Below are positions 1-13,399 of a DNA stretch of 64,000 nt, piece by piece. The position numbers were made by a program, and so were the translations under genes. The stretch's first letter is position 1. The number at the start of each line of letters is the position of its first letter. This stretch comes from Raillietiella orientalis (lineage: Eukaryota): assembly GCA_036172245.1 (NCBI GenBank), contig JAYWIR010000022.1, positions 1,178,001 to 1,242,000 of the forward strand. The letters are read 5' to 3'. The notes below the pieces were generated by a model. The model was not told the DNA's origin, did no database searches, and saw only the letters and a program-made list of their open reading frames with translations.

Positions 1-329
1 GCAGTGAGTTCGCCCTTGTCAACAGCAAAGCGCTGATATTAGCAGCTTGCCTCGAAAAGTGGGATGGGGAGGGGGGGGGGGGGAGAGGAAAGGGGGAGAC
101 GCCAGATAAGTGAAATGCATGGAGAAAGAACCCATTCCGCCCCCGACGCTACGGAAACGCCACCCAGCGGAACAAACCGCCCCTTTTAAGAAGTGCATCT
201 AAGCGAAAGCACCAAGGGTCCGCCGAGGCAGACTCGAAGGGCGACCGGAACACCCTTCTCTGCAGTTTAATCGCAACAGCGTTCGGGATTGAGAGACATA
301 CATCATTCCGCAGCTTCACGTTTCGCCAT

Positions 330-1700
330 CTGATGTGTCTGTTGTGGGCACGGGAGGTCGGCGCGTTTCAGAATCGGTTGCTGCTGCCTCGCGCACAGAG
401 GTCGACTGGCACACGTGCAAGTGCGTCAGGTTTCGAGCTCGCTCGCTGGGTGCTCCTTGTCGTCTTGGGATTCAAGCGGGCTCTGCTCCTCAGACAGCTG
501 CAGTTTTCGCTGACGCATGCCAAAAGAAAAGTCAGGAAACCGATCGGGCAATCGTCCGCTCACTCTTTTTGCTGTGGCGTGTTCATAACAGAACGGGTGC
601 GCCGCCATTGGGTGGCTGAGAATCCGGCAAGTTTCCGAAGATTTTCCTAATGGAGAACCCATGTGCTCTCTTCACCCTCCAGGAAAGCCTCCCTGAGGTT
701 CATCTTTGCTTGCATCCACGTCGGCTTGAAAGAGGAATGTGCTTTCTTTCCGGTACATGCAGAAGGAGCAGACTTCCTTGCAAAGTCTTCCAGAGCTTCT
801 TGAGAATGAAGTGTCCACTTTCGCTGCTGCTTTGCATGTCTGCCTCGGGCGCCAAAAAGAGCATGGGACAATCGTTGGGTGCCTATTGCTCCTGACTGAG
901 CACAATTCAGAAGTGTTGCTTTCTAGGTACTGTGCTCTCACGCCCGTGTCAGAACGTCCTCAGGGCAGCCAGTGCGTCATCGAGGCAGGGCAGAAAAACC
1001 ATCAGGAGAGCACCTATGACTCCATATTCCACATCTTTGTAATACTCCCATGTTTTCCTCATTCCGTCTCCATCTGCTCTCTCATCGCCTGATCACCGAC
1101 GGCACACAAATGCTACGCACTCATTGGCTGGACAGGGAGCAAAAGTCACTAGCCTTCGTGGACGCGCAAACTCGTGGATTTCAGTGGCCATCGTTCCGAA
1201 TTCCGGAGCAGCCAGAGAGCTGGCGAAATGGGTCGCTTCTGGACTGACCTTATCTCCAAGCATGAAGGAACTCAACGGTCCCCTCCAAGCAGCTGAAGTG
1301 CGCACCATTATGCAGGCATTTCTTCACCTAGCGCGCTGCACCCAATAAAGGAACTGAGGAAGCGCGCGGATTCATTTCTTGCTAGCAGAGAAACGCAGAG
1401 CAACTCAAGAAACACACCGAACGAACGCGCATTCCCGACTTGAATGTTGGGGAAGGTGTGGGAAAAAAAGGTTTCTTGCAAACTTTTTAGACGTGCACTC
1501 CAGTGTTGGGCTGACTGGAAAGCAATTGAAAGTGGAAGTCAGCTTGCAAATTACGGCCTCAAATGTACAGATAATAAAGGATGTTGGCAAGGAACACAGT
1601 TTTGCTAAAAGACACCCTCACGTACCAAAAAAAAGAATTGGCAAGCGGAAGGTGGCTGGAAGAAGAGCTTTGGAGTGAGTAAGGTGGGCAGATGAAAAAT
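330..1700 (+). mobile_element. Decayed non-LTR (LINE) ORF2 fragment, RT region and downstream
   Basis: Scattered degenerate motifs in expected order: KSMGQSLGA (~855, cf. GxRQGxPLS), STYDSIF (~1010, cf. YADD region), VTSLRGRAN (~1145, cf. LSLxGR). Many frameshifts. Confidence 0.4.
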
Positions 1701-1749
1701 CATCCTGGATGCGTGCTTTGTTTACATCACTGCTTCACTGGAAGAAGTA

Positions 1750-2500
1750 GCGCAATGAGACGAGTTCTGAGTTTCTTGGGAGCATTTCTTTCGATACACT
1801 TCGTGTTATAGATGGATGCTATAGAGTGCATGTAACCGCCGATCACTACGGAATCCATCTTTCGAATGATGAACTCAGTATCAGGCTGCGTGCAATCAAT
1901 GGAACTGTACTCTTGACTTGAATGGCAAGAAAAGAAAAAAAATGTCATCAGTTCCTCGTTGGGTCGCTAAACGTTCCCCTGGCACTTTTTCACTTCTTCC
2001 AATCAAAAACTTCTTACCTCTGAGACTTGCCTGAAAGGGGAGCACAGCTCCGAGATATCCAGTTTTCCACTGCAAGTGGCAGGTAAGCAGCAGCCTCGTT
2101 CCAGTCCGCGCTCCCTTAAACACGACGTTCTTCCTTCGTGCAATGGGGAATGCAGGAGGCTCTTTGAGCAGCCACTCCGCCTTTCTTGCGTCTCGTCCGA
2201 AATCGGAAGGACGGAGTTGTCCTCTTGACGAAAGTATTTCCCGAAGAGTTCTCTCTTGTGGAATGAAAGGCAAGCGTGAAGAATGCATGCTGTGTAATGG
2301 TAGCACGATGCACCACTGAGCAAGCGAAAGGATCAATTTGTATTTTTGTTTCCTCAGACGTTATCCCGTGAGCTGGAAGAAAATCAACCCAGACGCAAAT
2401 GGGATTACAACGGAGCATGCCGGAGTCTCTGTTAGCCAAGACGACGCGAACCACCGGATTCATTGCAGTCATCGTCACTTGTCCCGATTAAGAAAAGTCC
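1750..2500 (-). mobile_element. Decayed LINE reverse-transcriptase fragment
   Basis: Minus strand RCNPICVWVDF (cf. RPIxLxxxDYK), FIPQERTLREIL (cf. GFxPGRxIxD) and TGYLGAVLPFQASLRG (cf. NG...GxRQG), in order. Confidence 0.45.
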
Positions 2501-2549
2501 AGTGAGAAGCGAATGAATACAGCAAAGAAGGATTTCCATCATCCATCAT

Positions 2550-5500
2550 TTATATGTATATATATAATATAAAGGATAATGCCAGGAGTCGAGCGTTTAT
2601 CGTCTCCAGAGAAGGGAGAAGAAGGGGTAAGCAAGGGCCATCGTCCCCGCGTCTTGCTTATAGTCTTCCCGTAGTTCAGACAGCACGCCCTCTTCGATTT
2701 TGGGGCGGTGATGAGGGCATTTTGCTATCCTCTGCATCATGGATGGGATTGAGCTACTGGCCTCTCTCCGATGCTGCCTCTTCTTTACCACGGGGCTATT
2801 CGCAGCTGCTGCAAGGATGCAGCACAGCATCTCCAGCGACCCGGAAATCGAGTGCCTTTGCAGTGTAAACGGGCTCTGCAGATAAGGGCAGTTCTGCCTG
2901 AGGCGGCTCCCCTCCTTTCCTGTGCTAAGCGAGCAGACTCGATGGTCCTGCACCAGGTGCTGTTCGGGTTCCCACCCTCCCATTGTCAGGGACGTTGGTT
3001 TCATGGGGAACCAACCATGCAAAAAAAGGTATCGCTGCGTATTCCCATCCGAGAGAACGCATTGAAGCTTCTACGAAAATCGCGGAGCGATTAGTTCATC
3101 CATGGGATGTCAAGATTGTCAGCCCGCCAGTGTGGTCTCAAAGTGCAAGCATCTGCCATCGTGGTATTGGAAATTTCTCGAGGTGACCACCCAGCTACTG
3201 ACTCCCTCTATGCAACAGGAAACCTCCTGTCTATCTGGTTCCATAGGAAGAAGAGCACTGCGTCTAGAGGGGTCGCGGTGGCGCGTGCTCCCTTCTCCCC
3301 ATCGTAGCTCCTATGGGGGCACCGTTCCAAGGCGTTGGATGGGATAGAGAGGTTCTGAGCTGAACTGAGAGAGCCGTGTTTACTCATCCACAGCCTCCTA
3401 CTTCCGTGCGTTGTGATTGAGCGGACGGCAGGAGCTCCTTTCTCAGCGGGGACGCCAACCAGGTTTTCCAAACCCTTCAACCTGTTGCAGGTTCGAGGGA
3501 CAAGAGATGCTATTCCCTCGCAGCCAACCGCAAGCTGAAGAATGCTGCGCGCCGGGAGGCACCAGTCTCTGTTCCACTGAACGGATCGTCAACGACAACC
3601 TAAGAATGTGAATCTGTACCTTCAGTCTCTTGAGCGTCAGCGTGCTGCGTCTGGCTTCGCGATGTGGGGCCAATAGGTCTTTTAGAATCATCTGAATCTC
3701 ACCTCTCGCCATTCTCACCAGGGCTTTATGGAGAAGGCCTTCTGTTTTCTTGCCTCGTAGGCAAGGACAGAAAAGGACAGGAAAAGGTGAGAGTCGTAGG
3801 GAGAAGGGACAAAAGTGTTCCGAACGGCTGCCCGATCCAGAAAGAGGAACTTGTCGTCAATGAACGTTTCCAGCGCTTTCTCCTTCTGCAGGTAACCAGA
3901 CCACGCTTTTGCGACGCAGAAGTCGCCAATGGGTACACCAGGGGACCGGGACGTGCCAACCATGAAGATCTCCCAGCGGTACCAGTCTGACTACAATGTC
4001 CTGCCTACAATGCTGACATAGGAACAACCACCGATTTCTGCTAATGCTCTCTTTCCGGCGAATCAGCATGAGGGACTCTTCAAGAGACGCTTCCAGGGTG
4101 GACATGGGTAACAGGAGAAGGATACCGTTTGCGTGATTCGTTCCAGTCGACGCACAGAGACGGGGGAACGGCAGGGTCGCCAGGTTTTCCGAAATTCGTT
4201 CAGTACTAACTCGAGGTAAGTACTGAAGAGCCACGTGTTGAGGCTGTCGTATCCTCCACTGCTGTACACGTGGCGGCCGCTGAACAAATGTTTCTGATTG
4301 CATTGAGCTACGAGGAGTTCAGTTAGTTCAGTAGGATATTCAGGAAGCCAAAGCGGCCCAGGAGCTCTAAGAGCAGTTCCTGGTTGATGTAGTCTTTACA
4401 GCCTTTACAAGTTAAATGCTACCTCCTAGCTACCGACTCTTCCTGCCGTTTGTTGCCCACTTTTCTTGAGCTGGACAAGACATTGAAAAACTTGCGGCTG
4501 TGCAGAGAGACACCACCTGAACCAAATCGGTGCATAGAAAAGATTGCTCCTCGTGCTTCGTCCGAAAACAGAGTGAGCTAACCACGGAACCTGCCTCCTG
4601 CTCCAGTCGCGCAGCTTACGGTTTGGAAGGCATCCTGACATCAAATTCACATCTGTGATTGGACGCCAGCTGATTAGACTGGACAAATCTCCTTTGTTTG
4701 CGAGGAGACAAACCCTTGCCGACCGAAAGGATGCAGCTACGCCATCTGTCTCTCCGACCAGTTCTGTCAGCTGCAGCACTATGGGAGGATTCAGTTCCGC
4801 GGCGAAGCACTGATACAGTTCCGCTGTCAGGCCATCCTCCACTGGTGCTTTCCGCCTCTTGAGCTTTGAGTTGGTATCCAAAATGTTGGCCATCTCGAAA
4901 CTCTCGTCGAGGACTGCGTGCTGCTCCTCCTGTATGGCTGGGGAGCTTTCCGGCAGCAATTGCTATGCGGAGTCTGAATCCAGAAGTCCACCTTATACAG
5001 AATAAAAAAATAGGACATTGGCATAATGTGGCACATCTCCTCCGGAGCCCATGGGTTGTAACCTGTTCCTCGGATTGCCAGCGTTTGCCCCTCGACCATG
5101 GCTCGGCATTCCTCTAGGCGACGATGCCCGTGCGCCATCATGAGCAAAGGGGTGGTCCGACATTCACGAGAGGGAGATGTCACGTTCGCTCGGCACCATC
5201 CCCCGCTACTGAAGAAATGTTGCAAACTTTTCACTGCCTACAGGTCCGGAAGTATCTTGGTAAAAGGTACCTGGGGAAGTCTCTTCGATCCATCACTTCC
5301 TCCGTCTCTTCGCTGCCTCTTCGATCAACCTGGTGAAGAACAATGTCTTTCAAAGAGAAAACATAAAACATTTCTGGTTCAAAGAGTTGGCTATAGAGGC
5401 ATTTTCAGCAGCGAGCTGTCCAATTGGTTCTTTCACTTAGGTCTTTTCGTCTTTTTCAGATGCAAAAAACGATGAACCAGTCAGTATGGAACGTACAACC

Positions 5501-5850
5501 GCTGAGAACTTCCAGCATCCTGAATTCTTAACATGAGCATTCCCTAATCAATCCATGCAGCCTCCATCTTGCTTCCAAGATCTCCAAGCCCTTACTACTG
5601 CTCACATTTGAAGCAGCATGGACATTGACGATGGGAACGCAAATTCAGGATCAAAAATCTCAAGGTGCGCCCGTTCATCAAGCAACCGGGGAGCATTCCG
5701 TAAAGGGTGCAACTCTTGTTCTGACAGCTGTTACCGGAGTTGGGATCCCAGATCTCTTCTGGATGAGTCCGATGTGATGAGGCCGAATTTCCCTTGCTCA
5801 GAAAATGGAGTTTCCGCTCGCCGTGAGCGGGAGCTTCCGGGAAAGCGCGT
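2550..5850 (-). mobile_element. Decayed L1/Tx1-like LINE ORF2 (APE endonuclease, RT, CCHC zinc finger); best-preserved element in the window
   Basis: ORF 4426..4959 has LKRRKAPVEDGLTAELY...ARVCLLANKGDLSSLISWRPIT, matching the non-LTR RT N-terminal motifs KxPGxDGLTxEFY and WRPI. PIVNVHAASN at ~5620 (cf. APE LxNVYAPN), RVQQ at ~4265 (cf. GVRQG), CPYLQSPFTLQRH at ~2880 (cf. CxxC...ETxxH). Confidence 0.85.
2551..2570. repeat. Short TA-rich microsatellite at the 3' end of the 2550-5850 LINE
   Basis: tatatgtatatatataatat seen directly. Confidence 0.7.
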
Positions 5851-5949
5851 AGCGTGAACAGTCACCATTAAGTTTCATCCTTCCCCGAATGCTGTTTTTG
5901 AAAAGTACAAAAGGACGAAATTGATTTTCCAGGATTGAGTTTTCTGTTC

Positions 5950-6700
5950 CCACGCTTGACTTTTCGGAATCAACGAAAATGGCTTTTCATCCGGCGCAAA
6001 AGCGGAATTTTCACATCCCGCATTTTCCTGCGGGAAACATTTGGAGATACTTAAGACCTCAGCAAACCAGTTCCATTTGCAAATGCCTTCTTGCCCAGAG
6101 TAAACAACATGGGGAATTTTCTTGGTTTTTGATTGTATGCTTCTTCATTTACCAGATGACAATTTTCAGCTTCCGCTGGAGAGGAGCAGGGGAGTTTGGT
6201 CTTCATTATCATACGAAATCCATCGCGGTTTTATTAGTGCGAGCTGTCACAATAACTTTCGCCGTAATATGTAGCTGAAATCTTTTCTTCGTGGAAGACA
6301 AATTCTTTTCATCAGTTACAAAGTCGGAATGCGATCTCACGGATGGCAGTGCTCGGAATTTCGGCACTTGGCAATTGAGAAATCGAATGGACAAAGAGTA
6401 TCCTCCACGTCTTTCCGTCGCCATAACGAAACAGTTTACTTCTTTAACCCAGATATAATCTCATCTCCCATTTCGCTGTGATGGAACTTCATGAGAAATG
6501 TTTTATAGTTCCCTTATTTAGGACTCCCAGAATTTCTGCGAGGATTAATTTAGACACCATTTAAGCGACAGTTCACGTTTCTTCACGTGGAATGAGCTCG
6601 AAACCATTTGCTCCGACCGTTCCTGCGTTTTATTAGCACAGTCTGGATTCCCTCAGACTGTGGAGTAGCCGCGAAAAACAAAATGTTTCCAAAACATAAA
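5950..6700 (+). mobile_element. Decayed Ty3/gypsy integrase fragment
   Basis: WGIFL (cf. WGxD), HYHTKSIA (cf. DYxTKWxEA), LTDGSARNF (cf. TDxGxxF) and FFNPD (cf. YHPQxNG), in order. Confidence 0.5.
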
Positions 6701-8249
6701 AACCGGGATCCAATCACAGCGCAATGATAGCCACACGCGTATTTAATTGATGGCTTTATAGAATATTATGCTACCCTAACATGGATTGAAAGATCAGCAG
6801 ACTGCTTGACACTGCATCAAACATAAAAGTGGAAACTTCCATTCGAGAAAGCGAGAAAAAATCCATCCAAGAACGCCATGCTTTAATTGGAATGCACAGA
6901 TTGCTAAAATCTCGGCACATAGAGGAAATAAAGTCCTGCAGGATCAGTAAGCGTTCACAGGAATCTTTCAGACTGAATCTGAAATCTGTCCATTTCTTTC
7001 TAATGAACCAGCTTCAGTTTCCTCCTCAGCTCTGAATCCGCACCGGTTTAACTGAGAAGGTTCGCTCAGTAATGGAAAATCTTCTTCTATTCATTTCATT
7101 CTATTCCTTTTCTTTCCTCTGCCTATCTGGACGCTACCGAGTCCATCAATTAGACCAAAAACTTGGGCGAGTAGCCCTGGACTTCGCTTTCGTTTTCAAG
7201 CTCCAGCCTGGTTCAGCTTGAGGACCACACTCCATTTTTCCATCATCAGCACTTGTATTCCCTTCGTATGCCTTTTTTTTTTTTTTTTTTGCAACCTAAT
7301 ATTTTTCTTTGTTCTTTGAGATGACACGTGGAGCACCACAAACCTAGTTTTCTGCATACGCCGTAGGCATTTCCGAAGAAGGCAAGGAACGGCTCATCTT
7401 GAAACCAGCTTTCACAAGCAGCCGCCCAAGAAAACGAGGCAGTCCATAATTTCATGCCCGTGGTTCGTAGGGTAACGAATAGGGCATTCCGGCAAACGTT
7501 TTATTTAGATTTCAGAAAACAGCAACCCAATGCAGGCGGGTTAATGAAAAACGATGAGATACGCCTGCCAGATAAAAGTGAGCAACACTGGCAGAAGAAA
7601 TGATGGAAGTCTTATAGTTTAGGCATTTGGAGAAAGCGCTTTTAACATTTTCGTGTTCCAATGCTCTGCGAAAAGTCTCCGTGGATTCGCGGCACTGTTT
7701 GTAGAGTGATGGTTTGTAGAGTCACTCTCCTCTTTATTTGTAAGGAGTCTGTAAATAGCTAATCGATGCATCTATACCTAGCAAATTTCCTTCCTGTGCT
7801 TCCTCTTCATGTTTTTCTGCATAGGAACTAAGAAGTGTCTCTAAGTTTTTTGTCTCCAATGCATCAATTCCAGTGGGCGTACGCTAATTTGTTGTTCTCC
7901 AAAAGAATGAATTGACCAATTAACTCATTTAATTTATCTCGGAGCAATGCAGTGTCCTGTTTACCGAAGTTTTCTTGCAAAATCACATGTGGATCTCACT
8001 CAGTCTAAGTCGAAATTTCTCTTGAGAAATAACTCATTAATGGCACCTCCTTTGGCATACAAAATTTCACGATTCCCTGTCTCCTAACAGAAATCTCTTG
8101 AGATCTTTTGACACATGAGTCCAACTACCCTCCGAGCACTGTTCGTTGTTGTGCTCTCAACCTCTTTTTAAGATGCATCATTTTCTATTAAGCATGATCC
8201 TGGATTCACGGCAGGAGCGCTTACAGGCTCTTTGACTGTTTTCTTGATT

Positions 8250-9050
8250 ACGTGAGAAGTTGATCTTCATGAAAATGGAAAACGAAATCAGACTGATGAA
8301 TTGTGTGGATGTAGCTTGCATCCATGGATAGATCAGCGATGCTGAAGTTATAGGAGCAGCACTAAATGCGTGTCCTCAAGTTAGTTGTCCATGTTGGATG
8401 TGTGGCCTGGTGCGTCACATACAACAAGAAGCGCGTTGGTCAGATTCTATCTTTAAATTGAATCCATGGCTTTTTGTCTTCGTGATTTGACTAATGTGGA
8501 CCACTTCCAAACAGCCATTCGCATCTGCATTTGTATCACTGGTCTCCTTGAAAACCGTATGATTGTCGGCGTGCATGCAGTTCCTCTAGTTGATCACGGC
8601 GTTATTTAACCTTCAAATACAGTGGAAAAATCAATCCACATTGGTCACAAATAGTCATTTATGGGGTCTGTCTTATTCTTTACTAGCAAAAAGATGCAGA
8701 GACTTCTTGGTTCTCAGAGGCATGACTGGAGGCATGTATTCCGTAGTTTGTTGATCAGCTCCAGTGCTTTCAAGATTTGCAGCTAACTCATCCCAATTCA
8801 TAGTCAGTCAGCATAAGGCAACGGTAATTCTGTTTTCACATTCTATGAACCTGTTCTCACAAATGGCACACTTCGTTGTTGTGAGAATTTTCAGAGCAAC
8901 AGGGATTCAAGTCCTCTATGCCCTGGTTTTCAACTTTCGCCATCCAGCTGGAAACAGACTTTTTTTTTTAGCCATTGCCTACGATTGAACGGTATGCTCG
9001 TGCCACACAGAATCCTTTTCACGGATCAGTTGAAGTCAGCTCTCTGGATA
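8250..9050 (-). mobile_element. Decayed pogo/Tigger-like (DDE_1) transposase
   Basis: Minus strand PAGWRKLKTR (cf. SxGWLxRFKxR), then NALLVVCDAPGHTSNM...LVLLL...SLI/xMDASYI (cf. LLLLDNAPGH...FLPPNTTSLIQPMDQGII), with frameshifts. Confidence 0.6.
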
Positions 9051-10499
9051 TGCGATATTTACCCAAGGTAACGTTACAGATGGAGCGAAACGTTGAATCA
9101 ACACTTTGGGGTGCTTGCGTAGCTTCTTAGCGTCTGGACGTAATTGATGCACGCGGATGAAAAACGCTGGGTCCTTACCTGTCTCTCAAGCCCATACGGC
9201 TCTCAGAATCATTTCTTGTGACTATGCAAAGCACAAGGCTGTTTTTTTTTTTTTCTTTTTGAAAAAAGATAATAATAATAATTTTGGATTGTAAAATTTT
9301 TAGCCTCCTTAATTTACATAAAGAAGAAAAAACATCGCTTGGATCTGTGGAATGCCCAACGAAGTGTGCTCGGTTTGCAAATGAAACTACTTTGATATAG
9401 TTCGGATTTATTGCGCGAAAGACCAATGTCCTCTCCCTAAGTAAAGTGGATCATGTAGCAATTTGCGAGACAAGAAATATAAAAGACTGATCCCTTACAT
9501 TAACATCCCAGACGTTTCACAAAGTTCAGCATGTACCACTGCTCAAGGAATAGAACAGCCACTAAATTGAGTTTTCCTGGAAAATGGATCAGGATCAATT
9601 GAAATTTAATAGAAGAAAAAAAAAAAAAATCACTTGTTCCAGAGAGGATGGGAACCCTTGTGTTTTGCGCCTTCGAGTAATGTTCTCAAAAAGGATTTCT
9701 TTAGACTCCAAAGAATCGACAGATGAAGTTTTAATCTATTCATAAACACAATTCGGAGATTTTTTTTTGGCTGGAATCCATATGAAAATTCGTTCGTTTA
9801 CTTCTTACAACCAAGTTAGTCACCACTGAAGTGGAGCTCCAAACATATTTGTTGCGGCTATCAGGCTACATAGGGACGTTGGTGTATCCCCCAATGGCGA
9901 TAGAAAAATGGAGAGTTCGGGAAATGTCGATTTATCTTCCATGCTATTAAACACTTGATGATTCACTGAGCGAGCAAAGATCCCCATCGCAACCAGAAAT
10001 AGAAAACGGCGGCTAATGAGCTTCCCTACGCAATTCCATGGACACGTACAATTTCTTTCGTCCATCATCTCATGAGTGTGGGGAGGAGCGTGCGTCGGGT
10101 GTAGTCATTTTTCACGAAGAATATACAGTGTTTCAAATCAGAGGAAGGATGGAGGTCGGATCATCAGGCACGGTGCGTACAAATTTGTGTTTTCACATAA
10201 GCGTAAATGACGATCAGACATGAGGGATGCTGTTCGCTTGCTTGCTTTCTTCCTTCAAAACCATCCTCGCCACCAAGAGGTTGGTCTAGGAAGGTAATCT
10301 CAGTTTTCTACCGATTCGTCTTGGATTCAGAGTCGAAGGAGGCTCTCTCGTCGATGAAGTGCTCCGGCAAGAGAGGAAATTAGGTGGAATTCAAAATCAC
10401 GCGCAAAAGGAGAGGCGGATTTGAGGAGGGGATTGTGTTGTTAGTATGCAACCCACCTTCTTCTTTGTCCTATTTTAAATCCCATCTGAAGCAGGAATG

Positions 10500-12950
10500 G
10501 AGATGTGAAAACTGCAGTTACGTGGAAGGAGGAAACAAGTTTGGGACTACAGAAATGAAGAAAGCTTGTTCTGGGAAGTGCCTGCATGAAAACCCTTTTC
10601 CTCTTCTGTCTCCAGTCAACTTTTGATATCCTTCGCAACTACATCGACTTCCTGAGTTTATCAAAGAACGAAACGAGTGCTTCGACTGACGTCAAAGACA
10701 ATAAGGGCTGAGATAAAACTAAAACGATGCCCTTCTAGTGAATGAATGGATCTACTTAAGTAATCACAAAATCGTACCATTTGTACTACAGATAATCGGG
10801 ATGCCTCAGGGTGAAGTCGATGAACAAACGGAGTTCCATTAGAAGAAACCTTCCTTAGGACTCTCCTAAGTTCTCTGTATTATGGCAATGGCGTCATCCG
10901 GAAATGCAGGATGATATCCACGTATGGCCCTCCTCTTTCACTGTGAATCATGCAATCCCCTGGCTATCCCCATCACTTTAGCACGAATCACTTTGTCAGA
11001 ATCATCTTCCTATCCGGGATTTCAAATAGTGAGACATAGTTTTGGAAACAGAATTGCTTCCAAACAAAGTCAAGAATCGCTAACAATTCGGAAATACAGC
11101 CATTGCAATCAAGGTGACAGTAAAAGGATCCAAAGAAGAGGAAGCACTAGAACATAATCTGGCTGCTAACTGCATATGAAAAGGAAAAAGAGTAGGCGAG
11201 AAAAAAAATGGTAAAAAGTTACGAGGAAGCCAGCAGTGGCCCTGTGCCAGCAGTGGTTGTATACAAATGATGCAAGGATAAATAATGCTTAACTGGAATC
11301 AATAAGCAGAATTCCTGGTTCCAGGATGGACTCAAGCAGCAATAATCCGCCCGACAGCAGAGATCATAGTCACTGAACGAAAGCGTTAAAAGGTCGTTGG
11401 CGAAAAAGTGTGAAATCAAAAAGTAGAAAAATAGAGAGACCGATATTTCTGCCGAGATTTGAGACTCCTTATGCTCCGTACAGAGCTAATGCCTCAAAGA
11501 GGAAAAATAAATCCTATGGCTCTCGTACTCCGTAAAAGTTCCAACATGAATTTGGAGATCCAAGCAATGAATCAGAAACCAGTTCTTCATTCGCTGTTTT
11601 AAGCAGAGGCTTGACTATGATTGGTGCTTGATCCAGTGCCAGAGAAAGAGCAAAAATCATTGCGAAAGAGACCCTACCCGAGGAACGGTTTCAGCTCTGC
11701 CTCTGCTCGGTAACAAATGACTAACGATCTCCCAAGCAGCTTTGTCTACTCGTTCAAAGATTACAATCTCTTTTGTCTTGAAAATTGGAAAAGCATTCGT
11801 CATCTAAGGAACTTTTGATCATGCCAACGCTCGTGACGGCACAGCAGAGGCTTTTGAAGAAAAGCAAGTTTCCGTTCTTCGGCAAGCAACAGAACACTCG
11901 TTTGCTTGTAGCGATAGGCAGAGATCAACTCGAGGCATTTTCATCTTCCGACCCCCACACCCTGAGAGCACCATTGATGATCACTGGTTGTGTTATAGTT
12001 GGAGTCTTAAATGGCGCTATTAGGGGATGAATGGGCATTGGGTTGAGCATTACAGGATACAGGTTTGATGCTGCTTTCCGGAAGTTTCAGACCCAACCAC
12101 CTCCGCTGCTATTGCTCTAACTACAATTTGAATCACTGAGCTGCCAGTCTTGCTGGAGCAATGCACCAGAATTTTCATGGCCTCTTAAAGCTTTCACTCG
12201 AGACGCTCATTAAAAAGAACAAGTCGGCTGTATTGAGATCGATTTCGAATCGGTTGATGGTCTTCCTAAGTGCTGCTGGAGCCAGAACAGAAAAAAATGA
12301 TCCCTACCTCACTTAAGTTTCGGAATTTTGAGTACCTTTTCCCCTCGAGGGACAGCCTCTGGAAGGACATTAGCTAGAAGGGAATCGACCCACTCTGCTG
12401 CGGATCATTCGGAGGAGGAAAACTAGTAGACGAAATCCAGGATACACTTCACAGCAAAGCTACCTGCCAATGGTCATGAGATGACGACTGGACTTATCAG
12501 CATATGCCGAGCCCTTGCAGGTTATAGGCAGCAATCGTTTTGTGGATGGTAACCTTGCCAATCAGCTAAGTCTAAACAGTAACAAGAAGAAATTTGACTT
12601 CTACAAACACTGGTGAATCTGTACGCATCATGAAGAAACCTTTCTCTTCTGGTATCTCCATCATCTCATATCACTTGCCTACTCTTGTTAGAGCATATTC
12701 TGAGGCCAACGGCTAAATAGAGCAGCCTACACCTTCTTTGAGAGCGAGGTCAGAAAGAAGGAACTTCCTACAACAACGTTTTCTGCCAGGTCAGATTGCA
12801 AAATAAAGCGTGCACTAACAGTGATGCTCTTTAGACAAAACTCTAGAGGAACCCCGAAACAACTCGGAGCATGGCATCCAGAAAGCGATGGCGGCAGCGG
12901 AGGATCACGATTTCCGAACTTCTGCACTGAGCCGAGTAGCTCTAAGTGGA
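10500..12950 (+). mobile_element. Decayed Ty3/gypsy pol (RT, RNase H, integrase)
   Basis: In order: LRNYIDFLSLSK (~10635, cf. LRxCVDYRxLNK), GMPQG (cf. MPFG), SLNESVKRSLAKKCE (cf. LNxAExNYSxxEKE), QRLDYD...KNHCERDPTR (cf. FDY...NxVADxLSR), TLHSKATCQ (integrase zinc finger), RAYSEANG*IE (~12695, cf. YHPQANGxxE). Confidence 0.7.
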
Positions 12951-13399
12951 GACTGTGGCGATCAGGTAGTTCTCGGTTCCTTCCATATGCACCTGCAATG
13001 TGGAAACAACCGTTTCATCTCCCTCCAAGGATGCTGGATTTTTGGAAAAATTCCGAGAAGTTGCTTCTGAAATGAACTCTTGTATGCCTTCTGTTTCATG
13101 CCTATTCGGACCTTGCTCCTCCATCCTCCTTGGGCTGCCAATTCACATAAATTCGAAAGAGCATCAAATTCCCTGAAGGTTAGAATATCAGTAAGACGGA
13201 GAAGTCTCAGCGAAGAATGTAAGCAAACCGAAACCACGTATCTTTCACTCGCTGGAATTTCTCGCTTGAAAACCAGAAGAAAGCTTCGAAGCGCACAGTG
13301 GAAGATTGAAAACCGAGATTGATTCTTGCCAAGTGGTCACAGATGCCTGAAGACCCCACTTCTGGGATCAGGTTCATGGACTGCACAACATCCTTAGAG

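Noticed and set aside
4310..4430. Suspected small insertion inside the LINE RT
   Set aside because: The spacing between flanking RT motifs is about as expected, and the stretch reads as decayed RT (GFLNILLN).
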